Shown here: positions 55,845 to 64,000 of the stretch, one piece after another
How positions within the stretch are numbered: position 1 is the first letter of the stretch
Layout of the letters: every line of letters starts with the position of its first letter
Source of the DNA: Minisyncoccota bacterium
Lineage (GTDB): Bacteria > Patescibacteriota > Minisyncoccia > Phycocordibacterales > VMEP01
Assembly (NCBI GenBank): GCA_041661305.1
Contig: JBAZUR010000003.1
Span: 5,103-69,102 of the forward strand
DNA length: 64,000 nt
Reading direction: 5' to 3'
Position numbers and translations under genes: made by a program
Notes under the pieces: model-generated
The model's database searches: none
What the model saw: only the letters and a program-made list of their open reading frames with translations
What the model was told of the DNA's origin: nothing

Positions 55845-56651
55845 GTGGTATTATTTATCAAAGTGAATAAAAATATAAAAAATAATTTTTATATTTCAGC
55901 GACTATTCTGGCAATAAGTGCTTTTGTTTTGTTTGTCTCTGTTTTTAATAATAAGTCTGCGTGGTTGATATGGAACAATTTTCATTGTGAACGCATTGCA
56001 AGTGCACTGGAGCAAAATGACCCCAAGCTATTTTTTGATATCGGTAATTATTATTTTGGAAAAGGTGCCTACGATTTAAAAAAAGTTGAAAGTTACTACA
56101 AGAAGGCGTTATTTCTAGAGCCTTCTTTGGAGGGGCTACATTACCAGTTGGCGCGAGTTTATTTTATAAAAAATGAGCTCTCTTTAGCGAGATATGAAAT
56201 CAATAAAGAGCTAGAATTACATCCAGATCTTAAGCGTTCATATTATGTTCGGGGGCTTATTAATGGGTACGATAATAATTTAGATGGGGCGATAGAAGAT
56301 TTTACAGAATTTCTTAAATGGAGTCCGGAGAGTTGGGCTGGTCACAATGATTTGGCTTGGATTTATTTTAAAAAAGGGAATTATGAAAAATCTCTTGCGA
56401 CCAGCGAAGAAGGTTTGAAGTATTATGCGGGTAGTGTCTGGCTTCTAAACTCAAAAGGGGTGGCACTAATTAATCTTGGGCGAAAAGAGGAAGCGAAAAT
56501 TGTTTTATCTCAGGCTTTATTGATTGCAGAAGGGATGAGCGCAGAAGATTGGGGTAAGTCATATCCAGGAAATAATCCGGATGTTTACATCGACGGCTTA
56601 GAGGCAATGAAAATATCAATAAAAAGAAATCTCGCTCTCGCGGGGAACTGA
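55845..56651 (+). CDS. Membrane-anchored TPR-repeat protein
   Basis: N-terminal transmembrane segment, then TPR-like repeats (YYKKALFLEP, ARYEINKELELHP, AIEDFTEFLKWSP). Confidence 0.55.
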   Translation: MVLFIKVNKNIKNNFYISATILAISAFVLFVSVFNNKSAWLIWNNFHCERIASALEQNDPKLFFDIGNYYFGKGAYDLKKVESYYKKALFLEPSLEGLHYQLARVYFIKNELSLARYEINKELELHPDLKRSYYVRGLINGYDNNLDGAIEDFTEFLKWSPESWAGHNDLAWIYFKKGNYEKSLATSEEGLKYYAGSVWLLNSKGVALINLGRKEEAKIVLSQALLIAEGMSAEDWGKSYPGNNPDVYIDGLEAMKISIKRNLALAGN

Positions 56652-56723
56652 AATACATAAAGAGTGGATAAGTGTGTTGTTACTTAACACACTTCATCGT
56701 GGTACTATATAAGAAATACAATT

Positions 56724-57797
56724 ATGTTAAATCGAATTATTTCGCCTAAAGGGAAAAGAAGTTTACTTTCATTACTGACGCTTTCCACTGTTTTTTTTAT
56801 TGTCGGTTTTAGTAGCGGAGAGGTATCTATAAAAAATATTGCACTTAATGAATCTCCAGAGATTGGGTTTACTTCACTTTCACCGAACGGTCTTTTGGGT
56901 GGAGAAATTATTCCCGCATCATGTGAGTCTGGAAATTATCATGATGCACCGGATTTTGGAACAGCATGTACCGCATCAAGTGTTTGCGGGCAGGCTTACG
57001 GCACAATTGGGTGTGGTGGTGTTTGTAGTGTGGCTGCTCCGTCAGTGCCAATTAATTATGGCCAATCCTGTTCCTCATCAAATATCTGCGGTTCAAACCA
57101 AGGAACAATAGTGTGTGATGGGTCCTGCAGTGCCATAGCCCCAGCCGTCCCCAGCAATTACGGTAGAGTCTGTCTCGTCTCAAATGTCTGTGGTCAATCA
57201 AACCAAGGAACAATAGGTTGTGATGGCACATGTACTGTCAAAGAAGCACCAGCGCTTCCATCAGGATACGGAACACCATGTCAATCGGGAACTAATAGCT
57301 GTGGTCAAAAAGCTACAGGAATAATCGGTTGTGGTGGATCATGTACAGCAGTTACCCCGTCTGATTCAAACTGCACCACATGTCCACTACCAAATGGTAA
57401 CGGAGTTTGTAACACAGCGGAAAATAACTCAAATTGTCCAGCCGACTGTCCATATGTCGCTCCAGCAACACCAACAGCACCTGCAGGAGAAGGGGCAATC
57501 TGGACACCGGCTACAGAATGGACACTAACAGCTTCACCAAACCCAATATTCGCCAACACAAGAACAACGGTAAGTTGGTCAGTTAGTGGAGCAACAGGAT
57601 GTACTCTTGTTGGAGTCGGGGCTGTTAGTGGAAAAGAAACAGATAGATTTGTCGGTGGCCCTGCTCTTGATTATCAATCAAGTAAACTACAAGAAAACAC
57701 AGACTTCACCCTAACTTGTTCCAATGCCTACAGTGGTAGAAAAGACTCGAAGACTGTTCGTGTTAATGTGCGTACGATTAAAGTACAGGAGTTCTAG
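56724..57797 (+). CDS. Secreted Cys/Gly/Ser-rich repeat protein (five C-x-CGQ-x-GTIGCxGxC modules)
   Basis: Signal peptide or transmembrane segment LLSLLTLSTVFFIVGF. About 40 Cys in repeats such as SSVCGQAYGTIGCGGVCSVAAP. Confidence 0.55.
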   Translation: MLNRIISPKGKRSLLSLLTLSTVFFIVGFSSGEVSIKNIALNESPEIGFTSLSPNGLLGGEIIPASCESGNYHDAPDFGTACTASSVCGQAYGTIGCGGVCSVAAPSVPINYGQSCSSSNICGSNQGTIVCDGSCSAIAPAVPSNYGRVCLVSNVCGQSNQGTIGCDGTCTVKEAPALPSGYGTPCQSGTNSCGQKATGIIGCGGSCTAVTPSDSNCTTCPLPNGNGVCNTAENNSNCPADCPYVAPATPTAPAGEGAIWTPATEWTLTASPNPIFANTRTTVSWSVSGATGCTLVGVGAVSGKETDRFVGGPALDYQSSKLQENTDFTLTCSNAYSGRKDSKTVRVNVRTIKVQEF

Positions 57798-57877
57798 TTA
57801 GAGCCTTTGGGAGGCGAGTGGTTATGTGTGTCTGAACCTCTTTGCAGGGATGAACTTTATCAGCTAATATTGCTTAT

Positions 57878-58963
57878 ATGATTGATAATGATCGCCCAAT
57901 AGCAGTTACAATAAGTTCAGGGACTATTTTGAAGGCTGTGCTTATTCTTGTTTTGTTTGCCGGGCTGTATTTTTTACAAGACGTTGTTTTGGTAATACTT
58001 ACTTCGGTTGTTATCGCTTCTTCTGTTGAACCTGCAACAAGATGGTTTGCGAAGTACCACATAGCTCGCGTTCCAGCAGTTCTTTTTACATACATTACTT
58101 TTTTCGCTTTTCTTGTTGGGGTATCATATTTTTTTATCCCACCACTTTTAGATGATATGTCTGGGTTTGCTGCTTCTGCTCCTGAATATCTAAACTCAGT
58201 GAATATTTTTTCCGAGACCGGTGTCAGAAGTTTTGTTGGTTCTTCTCGTGACGTAGTTTCTTCTTTGAATGATAGTGGCTTCCAAACGCAAGAAATAATT
58301 TCCAATTTAAGAGACGCTTTCTCAAGTTTTTCTGGCGGAATTACAAAAGGGGCGAGTATGGTCTTTGGTGGAATTTTTAGTTTTATTCTTATTATTGTAA
58401 TTTCATTTTATTTAGCAGTTCAAGAAAGAGGAATAGAAACTTTTTTGCGTAGCTTAACTCCTCTTAGATACGAATCGTATATTACAGGCTTGTGGGCTAG
58501 GGCCCAGAATAAAATAGGTTTATGGATGCAGGGGCAACTTCTCCTCGGATTTTTTATTGGAATCCTGGTTTATTTAGGTCTTGCAATCATGGGTATTCCT
58601 TATGCACTTCTCCTTGCTGTTGTTGCTGCGACCCTTGAGCTCATCCCACTTTTCGGCCCGATAATTGCAGCTGTACCAGCTGTTGCCCTTGGTTTTTCGC
58701 ACGGAGGAGTAGCTCTCGGGCTTATGGTTATTGGTTTTTACATAATCATTCAGCAGTTTGAAAATCATTTGATTTATCCACTTATTGTGAGAAAAATAAT
58801 AGGAGTGCCACCAATTTTAGTGATTCTATCTCTTATTGTTTGCGCAAAACTTTTTGGATTCCTAGGACTTATTCTTGCAGTCCCGTTCATTTCAGTAGTA
58901 CTTGAGATGGTGGACGATTTTGAAAAAGAGAAAAAACAAACAGGAGTGAACATGATTTCTTAA
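57878..58963 (+). CDS. AI-2E family transporter (UPF0118/PerM-like)
   Basis: Eight transmembrane segments with the conserved LELIPLFGPIIAAVPAV region. Confidence 0.7.
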   Translation: MIDNDRPIAVTISSGTILKAVLILVLFAGLYFLQDVVLVILTSVVIASSVEPATRWFAKYHIARVPAVLFTYITFFAFLVGVSYFFIPPLLDDMSGFAASAPEYLNSVNIFSETGVRSFVGSSRDVVSSLNDSGFQTQEIISNLRDAFSSFSGGITKGASMVFGGIFSFILIIVISFYLAVQERGIETFLRSLTPLRYESYITGLWARAQNKIGLWMQGQLLLGFFIGILVYLGLAIMGIPYALLLAVVAATLELIPLFGPIIAAVPAVALGFSHGGVALGLMVIGFYIIIQQFENHLIYPLIVRKIIGVPPILVILSLIVCAKLFGFLGLILAVPFISVVLEMVDDFEKEKKQTGVNMIS

Positions 58964-58988
58964 TAGATTTATTTTTTACTGTTTATTT

Positions 58989-60575
58989 ATGGATAAAAAT
59001 AAATCACTTTTAGGGGGCGAATCAAAGGATAAACCTTTTTACATTACAACTTCAATTGCATACACCAATGCAAAGCCACATGTTGGACATGCATACGAGG
59101 CTATTTTGACGGATGTAATCGCTCGATACCAGAGATCAGCAGGGAGAGAGGTTTTTTTTCTAACCGGTACGGACGAGCACGGTTCTAAAATTTTGCGTAA
59201 AGCAAAAGAGGAGGGTGTAAGCACTCAGGCATTTGTAAATGAGATATCAGATTTTTTTAAAGAGTTATATAAAAAACTTTTGATTTCAAATGATGGTTTT
59301 ATTAGAACTTCGGATAAAAAAAACCATTGGCCGGGAGCGCAAAAACTTTGGGAGAAGATTGTAGAGTCTGGCGATTTGTATAAAAAGAATTACAAGGGCC
59401 TCTATTGTGTTGGTTGTGAAGGTTTTATTACTGAAAAAGAATTAGTTAATGGGCTCTGTTCTTTACATGGAAAAGCCCCAGAGGTTGTTGAGGAAGAAAA
59501 TTATTTTTTTCGTCTATCAAAGTACGCTAAAATTCTCGAAGAAAAAATTTCCTCCGGGGAATTAACTGTTTTACCTGAGTCTAGAAAAAACGAGGCACTT
59601 TCTTTTATAAAAGACGGACTAGAAGACATTAGTTTTTCTCGTCCCGAAGCCAGTGTTCCGTGGGGCGTACCAGTTCCGGGAGACTCCTCTCACATGATGT
59701 ATGTTTGGTGTGATGCACTCTCTAACTATATTTCTGCGGTTGGGTACGGACGAGATGATAAGCAGTTTGAGTCTATTTGGCCAGCAGATGCGCATGTTGT
59801 AGGGAAAGACATTTTGCGTTTCCACGCTGTTTTTTGGCCAGCAATGTTACTTTCTGCTGGGGTACCTTTACCTAAAAGAATCTTGGTCCACGGATTTATT
59901 CTTTCAGAAGGGAAGAAGATGTCTAAGTCAGTTGGTAATGTTATTGATCCAGAAGAATATATAAATGAATACGGAGAAGAGGCGTTTCGTTTTTTTATGG
60001 CAAAAGAAATACCACCATTTGAAGACGGTGACTTCACAAAACAAAAATTTATCGATAGCTACAACGGGAATTTAGCAAATGGTTTAGGAAACCTGCTTTC
60101 GCGTACTGTAGCGATGGCGGAAAAATATTTTGAAGGGAATGTTGTTCCGCACAATCCAGAGTCTGTTCCGTTGGTTAAAAAATTCAAGAGTCCTATTGGT
60201 GGAGAAGTGGTGGAAGGGTATGGAGTTTCTTATGCAATTGAGCAGGAGATAATTCCTAAATATACAGAATGTATGGAGGAGTTTCGTATTCACCACGCTC
60301 TCGATATTGTTTTTTCTTTAATTAAAGAATTGGATGGGTATATTTCTGACTATGAGCCATTTAAATTAATAAAAGAGGATAAGGAAAAAGCAGAAGACGT
60401 TATTTGGAATGTCCTTTATGGATTACTTGTTGTAGGCGATCTCATTGCTCCGGTTATGCCGGAAACAAGCCTTGTTATTAAAGAGACGATTACCGGCGAT
60501 ATTAAAAGCGACGCCCCAGTAGCGTTTTCTGTAAAACCATTAGCTAAACCACTTTTCGCTAGAATCCTGAAGTAG
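58989..60575 (+). CDS. metG: Methionine--tRNA ligase
   Basis: TTSIAYTNAKPHVGHAYE (HIGH), zinc knuckle CVGCEGF...CSLHG, KMSKSVGN. Confidence 0.9.
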   Translation: MDKNKSLLGGESKDKPFYITTSIAYTNAKPHVGHAYEAILTDVIARYQRSAGREVFFLTGTDEHGSKILRKAKEEGVSTQAFVNEISDFFKELYKKLLISNDGFIRTSDKKNHWPGAQKLWEKIVESGDLYKKNYKGLYCVGCEGFITEKELVNGLCSLHGKAPEVVEEENYFFRLSKYAKILEEKISSGELTVLPESRKNEALSFIKDGLEDISFSRPEASVPWGVPVPGDSSHMMYVWCDALSNYISAVGYGRDDKQFESIWPADAHVVGKDILRFHAVFWPAMLLSAGVPLPKRILVHGFILSEGKKMSKSVGNVIDPEEYINEYGEEAFRFFMAKEIPPFEDGDFTKQKFIDSYNGNLANGLGNLLSRTVAMAEKYFEGNVVPHNPESVPLVKKFKSPIGGEVVEGYGVSYAIEQEIIPKYTECMEEFRIHHALDIVFSLIKELDGYISDYEPFKLIKEDKEKAEDVIWNVLYGLLVVGDLIAPVMPETSLVIKETITGDIKSDAPVAFSVKPLAKPLFARILK

Positions 60576-60584
60576 CTATTCCTT

Positions 60585-61361
60585 ATGAAATTAATTGACG
60601 CCCACTCACATATAAATTCTAAAGAGTTTGACGCTGATCGCGCAGATGTTATCGAGCGGATGCGTAAAGAAGAAATTGGTACGATAATTGTTGGTACAGA
60701 CTATGAATCATCAAAGCAGATAGTTGAAATAACAAAAAACGAACCAGGATTTTTTGCTTCAATTGGACTACACCCCGAAGATAACAAAAAAGAAGTTTTT
60801 AACGAGGAGTTATATACAAAACTTGCAGAAGACAAATCCGTAGTGGCAATAGGGGAATGTGGACTAGATTATTATTGGGAAAAGAATGAAGAAGCTCGTG
60901 CGCGACAGCGTGATATTTTTCGAGCACAAATAAAATTGGCACTTTCTCTTGATTTGCCTCTAATGATTCACTGTCGTAATGCGTACGAAGATACGCTGAC
61001 AATTCTAAATGAGTATTCCAAAGAGGCGCGCGCGCGACTTAGGGGCAACATACATTTTTTTGCCGGGGATGTTTCTGTGGCGAAAAAGTTTCTCGACATC
61101 GGCTTCACAATGTCATTTACCGGTGTAGTTACTTTTGCTTCAGATTACGACGAGGTAATAAAGTATATTCCGCTTGAGTCGATTTTAGCTGAAACAGATT
61201 GTCCTTATGTGACCCCTGTTCCAAATCGTGGAAAACGTAACGAACCTATTTTTGTAAAATATGTAGTGGCCAAGTTGGCAGAACTAAAAGGGGTTAGTCC
61301 TGAGAAGATGGCTGAAATCACGCTTAGCAACACTTCTCGCGTCTTTGGGTTGAATTTGTAG
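60585..61361 (+). CDS. tatD: TatD-family metal-dependent hydrolase (DNase)
   Basis: LIDAHSHIN, GECGLDYY, HCRNA, ETDCPY. Confidence 0.85.
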   Translation: MKLIDAHSHINSKEFDADRADVIERMRKEEIGTIIVGTDYESSKQIVEITKNEPGFFASIGLHPEDNKKEVFNEELYTKLAEDKSVVAIGECGLDYYWEKNEEARARQRDIFRAQIKLALSLDLPLMIHCRNAYEDTLTILNEYSKEARARLRGNIHFFAGDVSVAKKFLDIGFTMSFTGVVTFASDYDEVIKYIPLESILAETDCPYVTPVPNRGKRNEPIFVKYVVAKLAELKGVSPEKMAEITLSNTSRVFGLNL

Positions 61362-61495
61362 GGAACACAGCGCAAAGGTGTGGTTTTAAGAGGGTAAGTT
61401 GCATTTTAGGGGTTGTTTTGTTAACATAACGCAACTGTGTTTTAAGTCTCAGTTTTTTGAAGAGACGCTTTATAAGCACGGAAATTCTTAATTTT

Positions 61496-61951
61496 ATGGA
61501 TGATAAAGACCTAACAATATATGAAGTTGGATACCTTCTCGTTCCGGAACTCTCCGAAGGGGATGTTTCTGTTGAAACAGGGAATCTAAAAGATGTTATC
61601 GCCTCATTAGGCGGTCTTATGGTTAGTGACGGATATCCAAAGCAGATTGAACTTGCTTATCCTATGAGAAAGTCCGTTGCAAACGTTTGGCACACCTACA
61701 CTAAGGGATACTTCGGATGGTTGAAGTTTGAGATGACTAGCGACCAAACAGCTGCCCTAAAGGAAAAGTTAGATCAAAATAAAAAAGTAATTCGTTTTCT
61801 TTTAATAAAAACTTCCCGCGAAGACACAATGTCTCAGAAACGAGTATCAACGAGACCAACCAAGTCTAAAGTTCCTGCAGAAGGAGAGGTGGTTGCTGAA
61901 GTTTCAGAAGTTGAGCTTGAGTCAGCTCTTAAAGACTTAGTTAAGGAATAA
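61496..61951 (+). CDS. rpsF: 30S ribosomal protein S6
   Basis: YEVGYLLVPE...LGGLMVSDGYPKQIELAYPM...VIRFLLIK, followed by ssb and rpsR. Start is uncertain (a TTG at 61457 is possible). Confidence 0.7.
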   Translation: MDDKDLTIYEVGYLLVPELSEGDVSVETGNLKDVIASLGGLMVSDGYPKQIELAYPMRKSVANVWHTYTKGYFGWLKFEMTSDQTAALKEKLDQNKKVIRFLLIKTSREDTMSQKRVSTRPTKSKVPAEGEVVAEVSEVELESALKDLVKE

Positions 61952-61964
61952 TTAAAAAGCGAGT

Positions 61965-62414
61965 ATGTATGTAAACAAAGCAATTATTTACGGAAATCTC
62001 ACCCGCGACCCAGAGTTACGTTCCTTACCTACGGGCAATAAAGTAACAAGTTTTTCTGTTGCAACCAATAGAACATGGAAAGGACAAGACGGAACAAGAC
62101 AAGAAGCGGTTGATTTTCATAATGTTGTTGTCTTTGGAAGACAAGCAGAAACTGTTGCTCAGTATTTGAAAAAAGGATCAGGTGTTTTTGTTGAAGGACG
62201 AATGCAAACAAGAAGCTGGGATGCTGGTGATGGTGTGAAGAAATACCGAACTGAAGTGATTGCCGATCGCGTTCAGTTTGGCCCAAGAAGTGCAGGTGCC
62301 GGCACAGGCAATACTGGCTACGACCAAGCACCAACAGCACCAATTGAAACAGGGGCTGACGAATCAATTGAGTATCCTGAAGGCGACATTAATCCAAACG
62401 ACATTCCGTTTTAA
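61965..62414 (+). CDS. ssb: Single-stranded DNA-binding protein
   Basis: OB-fold NKAIIYGNLTRDPELR....FHNVVVFG and the acidic C-terminal tail ending DIPF. Confidence 0.85.
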   Translation: MYVNKAIIYGNLTRDPELRSLPTGNKVTSFSVATNRTWKGQDGTRQEAVDFHNVVVFGRQAETVAQYLKKGSGVFVEGRMQTRSWDAGDGVKKYRTEVIADRVQFGPRSAGAGTGNTGYDQAPTAPIETGADESIEYPEGDINPNDIPF

Positions 62415-62433
62415 CAAAATTTAAAAAAATATT

Positions 62434-62643
62434 ATGACAGATAAAAAAAAGTGCTACTTTGCTTCCAATAACATCAAACACATCGACTACAAAGACATCG
62501 ATGTTTTAAAGAAATTCTTAAACCCACACGCACGTATGGTTTCTAAGAAGTTTTCTGGTGTTAGCTCAAAGAGCCAGAGAAAGCTCGCTACTGCAATAAA
62601 GCGTGCTAGATTTATGGGACTCATTCCATTCGTTGCTAAATAA
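62434..62643 (+). CDS. rpsR: 30S ribosomal protein S18
   Basis: IDYKDIDVLKKFLNPHARMVSKKFSGVSSKSQRKLATAIKRARFMGLIPF. Confidence 0.85.
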   Translation: MTDKKKCYFASNNIKHIDYKDIDVLKKFLNPHARMVSKKFSGVSSKSQRKLATAIKRARFMGLIPFVAK

Positions 62644-62660
62644 AATAAAACATATTCTAA

Positions 62661-62687
62661 AAAAACTGCCATACTGGCAGTTTTTTT
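62661..62687 (+). terminator. Terminator (aaaaactgccatactggcagttttttt)
   Basis: Inverted repeat plus T-run. Confidence 0.75.
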
Positions 62688-62735
62688 GTACATGCGCTAA
62701 TATCTTTTTGGGAAAACAAGAAAAGGGGTCTTTAT

Positions 62736-63059
62736 ATGAACAGGATGGTTTTCGTTGTCTGTGGTGCTTCATTTCCTCAGATACGTGAGCTAGAGGAGCG
62801 TTTCAATATGGTTTCAGCCCCTATCCTTATTTTGGGAACAACTGGCGGGCAGTTTCTCCGTGACCTTTTGAGTATTGGGAAAATTATTCGCAATATCCCA
62901 AACGTTGAGGTATTCGCGCTTCGCGAGTTCGAAAAAGAAATGAGGGCGCTCACTGAAAGAAGGTGGGGTGGCAGAACAACTTTTCACCAAAACAAAGGCA
63001 ACTTTGCCGAAGACAGAAGAAGGAAGGTTCCTTGGCGACGAAATGCGAGAAATCGATAA
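62736..63059 (+). CDS. Hypothetical protein (uncertain; Arg-rich C-terminus)
   Basis: ORF with GGGG Shine-Dalgarno-like sequence upstream. A competing antisense ORF exists. No motif support. Confidence 0.25.
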   Translation: MNRMVFVVCGASFPQIRELEERFNMVSAPILILGTTGGQFLRDLLSIGKIIRNIPNVEVFALREFEKEMRALTERRWGGRTTFHQNKGNFAEDRRRKVPWRRNARNR

Positions 63060-63075
63060 TCGCGCCCATAAAACA

Positions 63076-63105
63076 AAAACGGAAGGCACTGCCTTCCGTT
63101 TTTTT
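63076..63105. terminator. Bidirectional terminator (aaaacggaaggcactgccttccgttttttt)
   Basis: Inverted repeat with A- and T-runs on both sides, between convergent genes. Confidence 0.7.
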
Positions 63106-63121
63106 AAATTAGTTTGTTTTT

Positions 63122-63706
63122 TTAATTTTTCTCTACTCTTTCTGTATACAACCCAGTATCAGTATTGATACGAATAACGTCTCCTACGTTAATAAAAAGG
63201 GGAGCTGTGACTGTTGCGCCTGTCTCAAGAACAACCGCCTTACCTCCACCAGATGCGGTGTCGCCCTTTATGGATGGTGGAGCTTCTTTAACAACGAAAT
63301 CCATTTTTATTGGTAGCTTTAATCCAATAATTTTCTCTTCGTCGTCATCGTCTGTGAAGATTAAAGCGTCAACTTCTACGTTCGCCTTTAAAAATTTAAC
63401 CTGGTCACCAACGATTGCTTCATCTAAAAAGAATCGCTCGCTTGGGTTTTTTATTTCAGAAAAACATAGTTGCCCCTTACCACCATAAATAAATTTAATA
63501 AGACGCTTAGAAATGTCTGCTTCCGAAACCTTGTCCGTAGCGTGGAAAGTTGCGGGGACTAATCGTCCTGAAATTAGGTTTCGGAGCTTAGTTTGATTTT
63601 GTGGCTTGCGCTGTTGTGTTCTAGCCACGTGCGACTCTAGGACCTCATACGGTTCATCTTGCCAAACAATATATTTCCCTGGTTTAATTTCGTTGTATTC
63701 AAGCAT
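63122..63706 (-). CDS. efp: Elongation factor P
   Basis: IKPGKYIVWQDEPYEV..., three OB/KOW domains, ...FINVGDVIRINTDTGLYTERV. Confidence 0.85.
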   Translation of the reverse strand: MLEYNEIKPGKYIVWQDEPYEVLESHVARTQQRKPQNQTKLRNLISGRLVPATFHATDKVSEADISKRLIKFIYGGKGQLCFSEIKNPSERFFLDEAIVGDQVKFLKANVEVDALIFTDDDDEEKIIGLKLPIKMDFVVKEAPPSIKGDTASGGGKAVVLETGATVTAPLFINVGDVIRINTDTGLYTERVEKN

Positions 63707-63807
63707 ATCGGGCTATTGTAAGAAAAAAAGCCGTTATGTCAACGTTTAGGATAATTATGGAATGCAGAATTAAGGAATTTTGCATTTTGATATCTCCGGC
63801 TTTTATT

Positions 63808-63878
63808 TTTTAAAACATTACGGAGCCTGGCGAGGCGAGTATAGCAATCCGCCAGCAGGCGGATATGCGCGTTTTTAA
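63808..63878. repeat. Copy 2 of the TTAAAAAC...GTTTTTAA GC-rich element (short form)
   Basis: The 5' tttaaaacattacggagcctggcgaggcgagtata and the 3' 22-mer aggcggatatgcgcgtttttaa match copy 1 (31356-31469). Confidence 0.55.
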
Positions 63879-63903
63879 AAACAAAGGCCAAAAAGAAAGA
63901 TTA

Positions 63904-64000
63904 TTACGACTCTAAAAACTTTTTTTCGATTTGTTTAACTATCTCGTTTGCAATCTTTGGATTTTCCTTAAGGAATGTTCTTGTGGCGTCATATCCACGG
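63904..64000 (-). CDS. C-terminal fragment of an unidentified gene running off the window edge
   Basis: Minus-strand frame reads ...RGYDATRTFLKENPKIANEIVKQIEKKFLES* with a TAA stop at 63904-63906. Confidence 0.3.
   Translation of the reverse strand, partial: RGYDATRTFLKENPKIANEIVKQIEKKFLES

Noticed and set aside
62814-63089. 91-aa minus-strand ORF between rpsR and efp
   Set aside because: Antisense to the 62736-63059 ORF and no better supported. Neither has motif evidence. Only the plus-strand one is listed, with low confidence.

Overview
This 64 kb window is AT-rich, gene-dense, and dominated by small housekeeping genes. The gene content suggests a reduced-genome bacterium of the Patescibacteria / candidate phyla radiation type, which is an inference from composition and gene repertoire only. 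I call about 75 coding regions. They include polA, argS, ileS, glyQS, metG, ruvA, ruvX, fpg, the secE-nusG-rplK operon, rpsT, rplS, the rpsF-ssb-rpsR operon, efp, folD, uppS, tsaE, tmk, thyX and pilMNO. There are seven tRNA genes and many hairpin-plus-T-run terminators. Four things stand out. First, a candidate linear azole-containing peptide (TOMM-type RiPP) locus at roughly 48.9-57.8 kb. It has a YcaO cyclodehydratase, a SagB-type dehydrogenase and two duplicated precursor-like genes whose Gly/Ser/Cys/Asp-rich C-termini resemble microcin B17 cores. Second, GC-rich inserts next to five of the seven tRNA genes. Each is flanked by direct or inverted duplications of that tRNA's 3' end, and several loci share the junction motif 'TTAGTAACTCGTGACCGA'. 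This looks like repeated site-specific integration scars or a T-loop-targeting miniature element. Third, a GC-rich thyX / dCTP-deaminase-like / tmk module with a shared leader motif. Fourth, an IleS carrying an embedded histidine-phosphatase domain. All calls come from reading the sequence and the ORF translations; no database search was possible.
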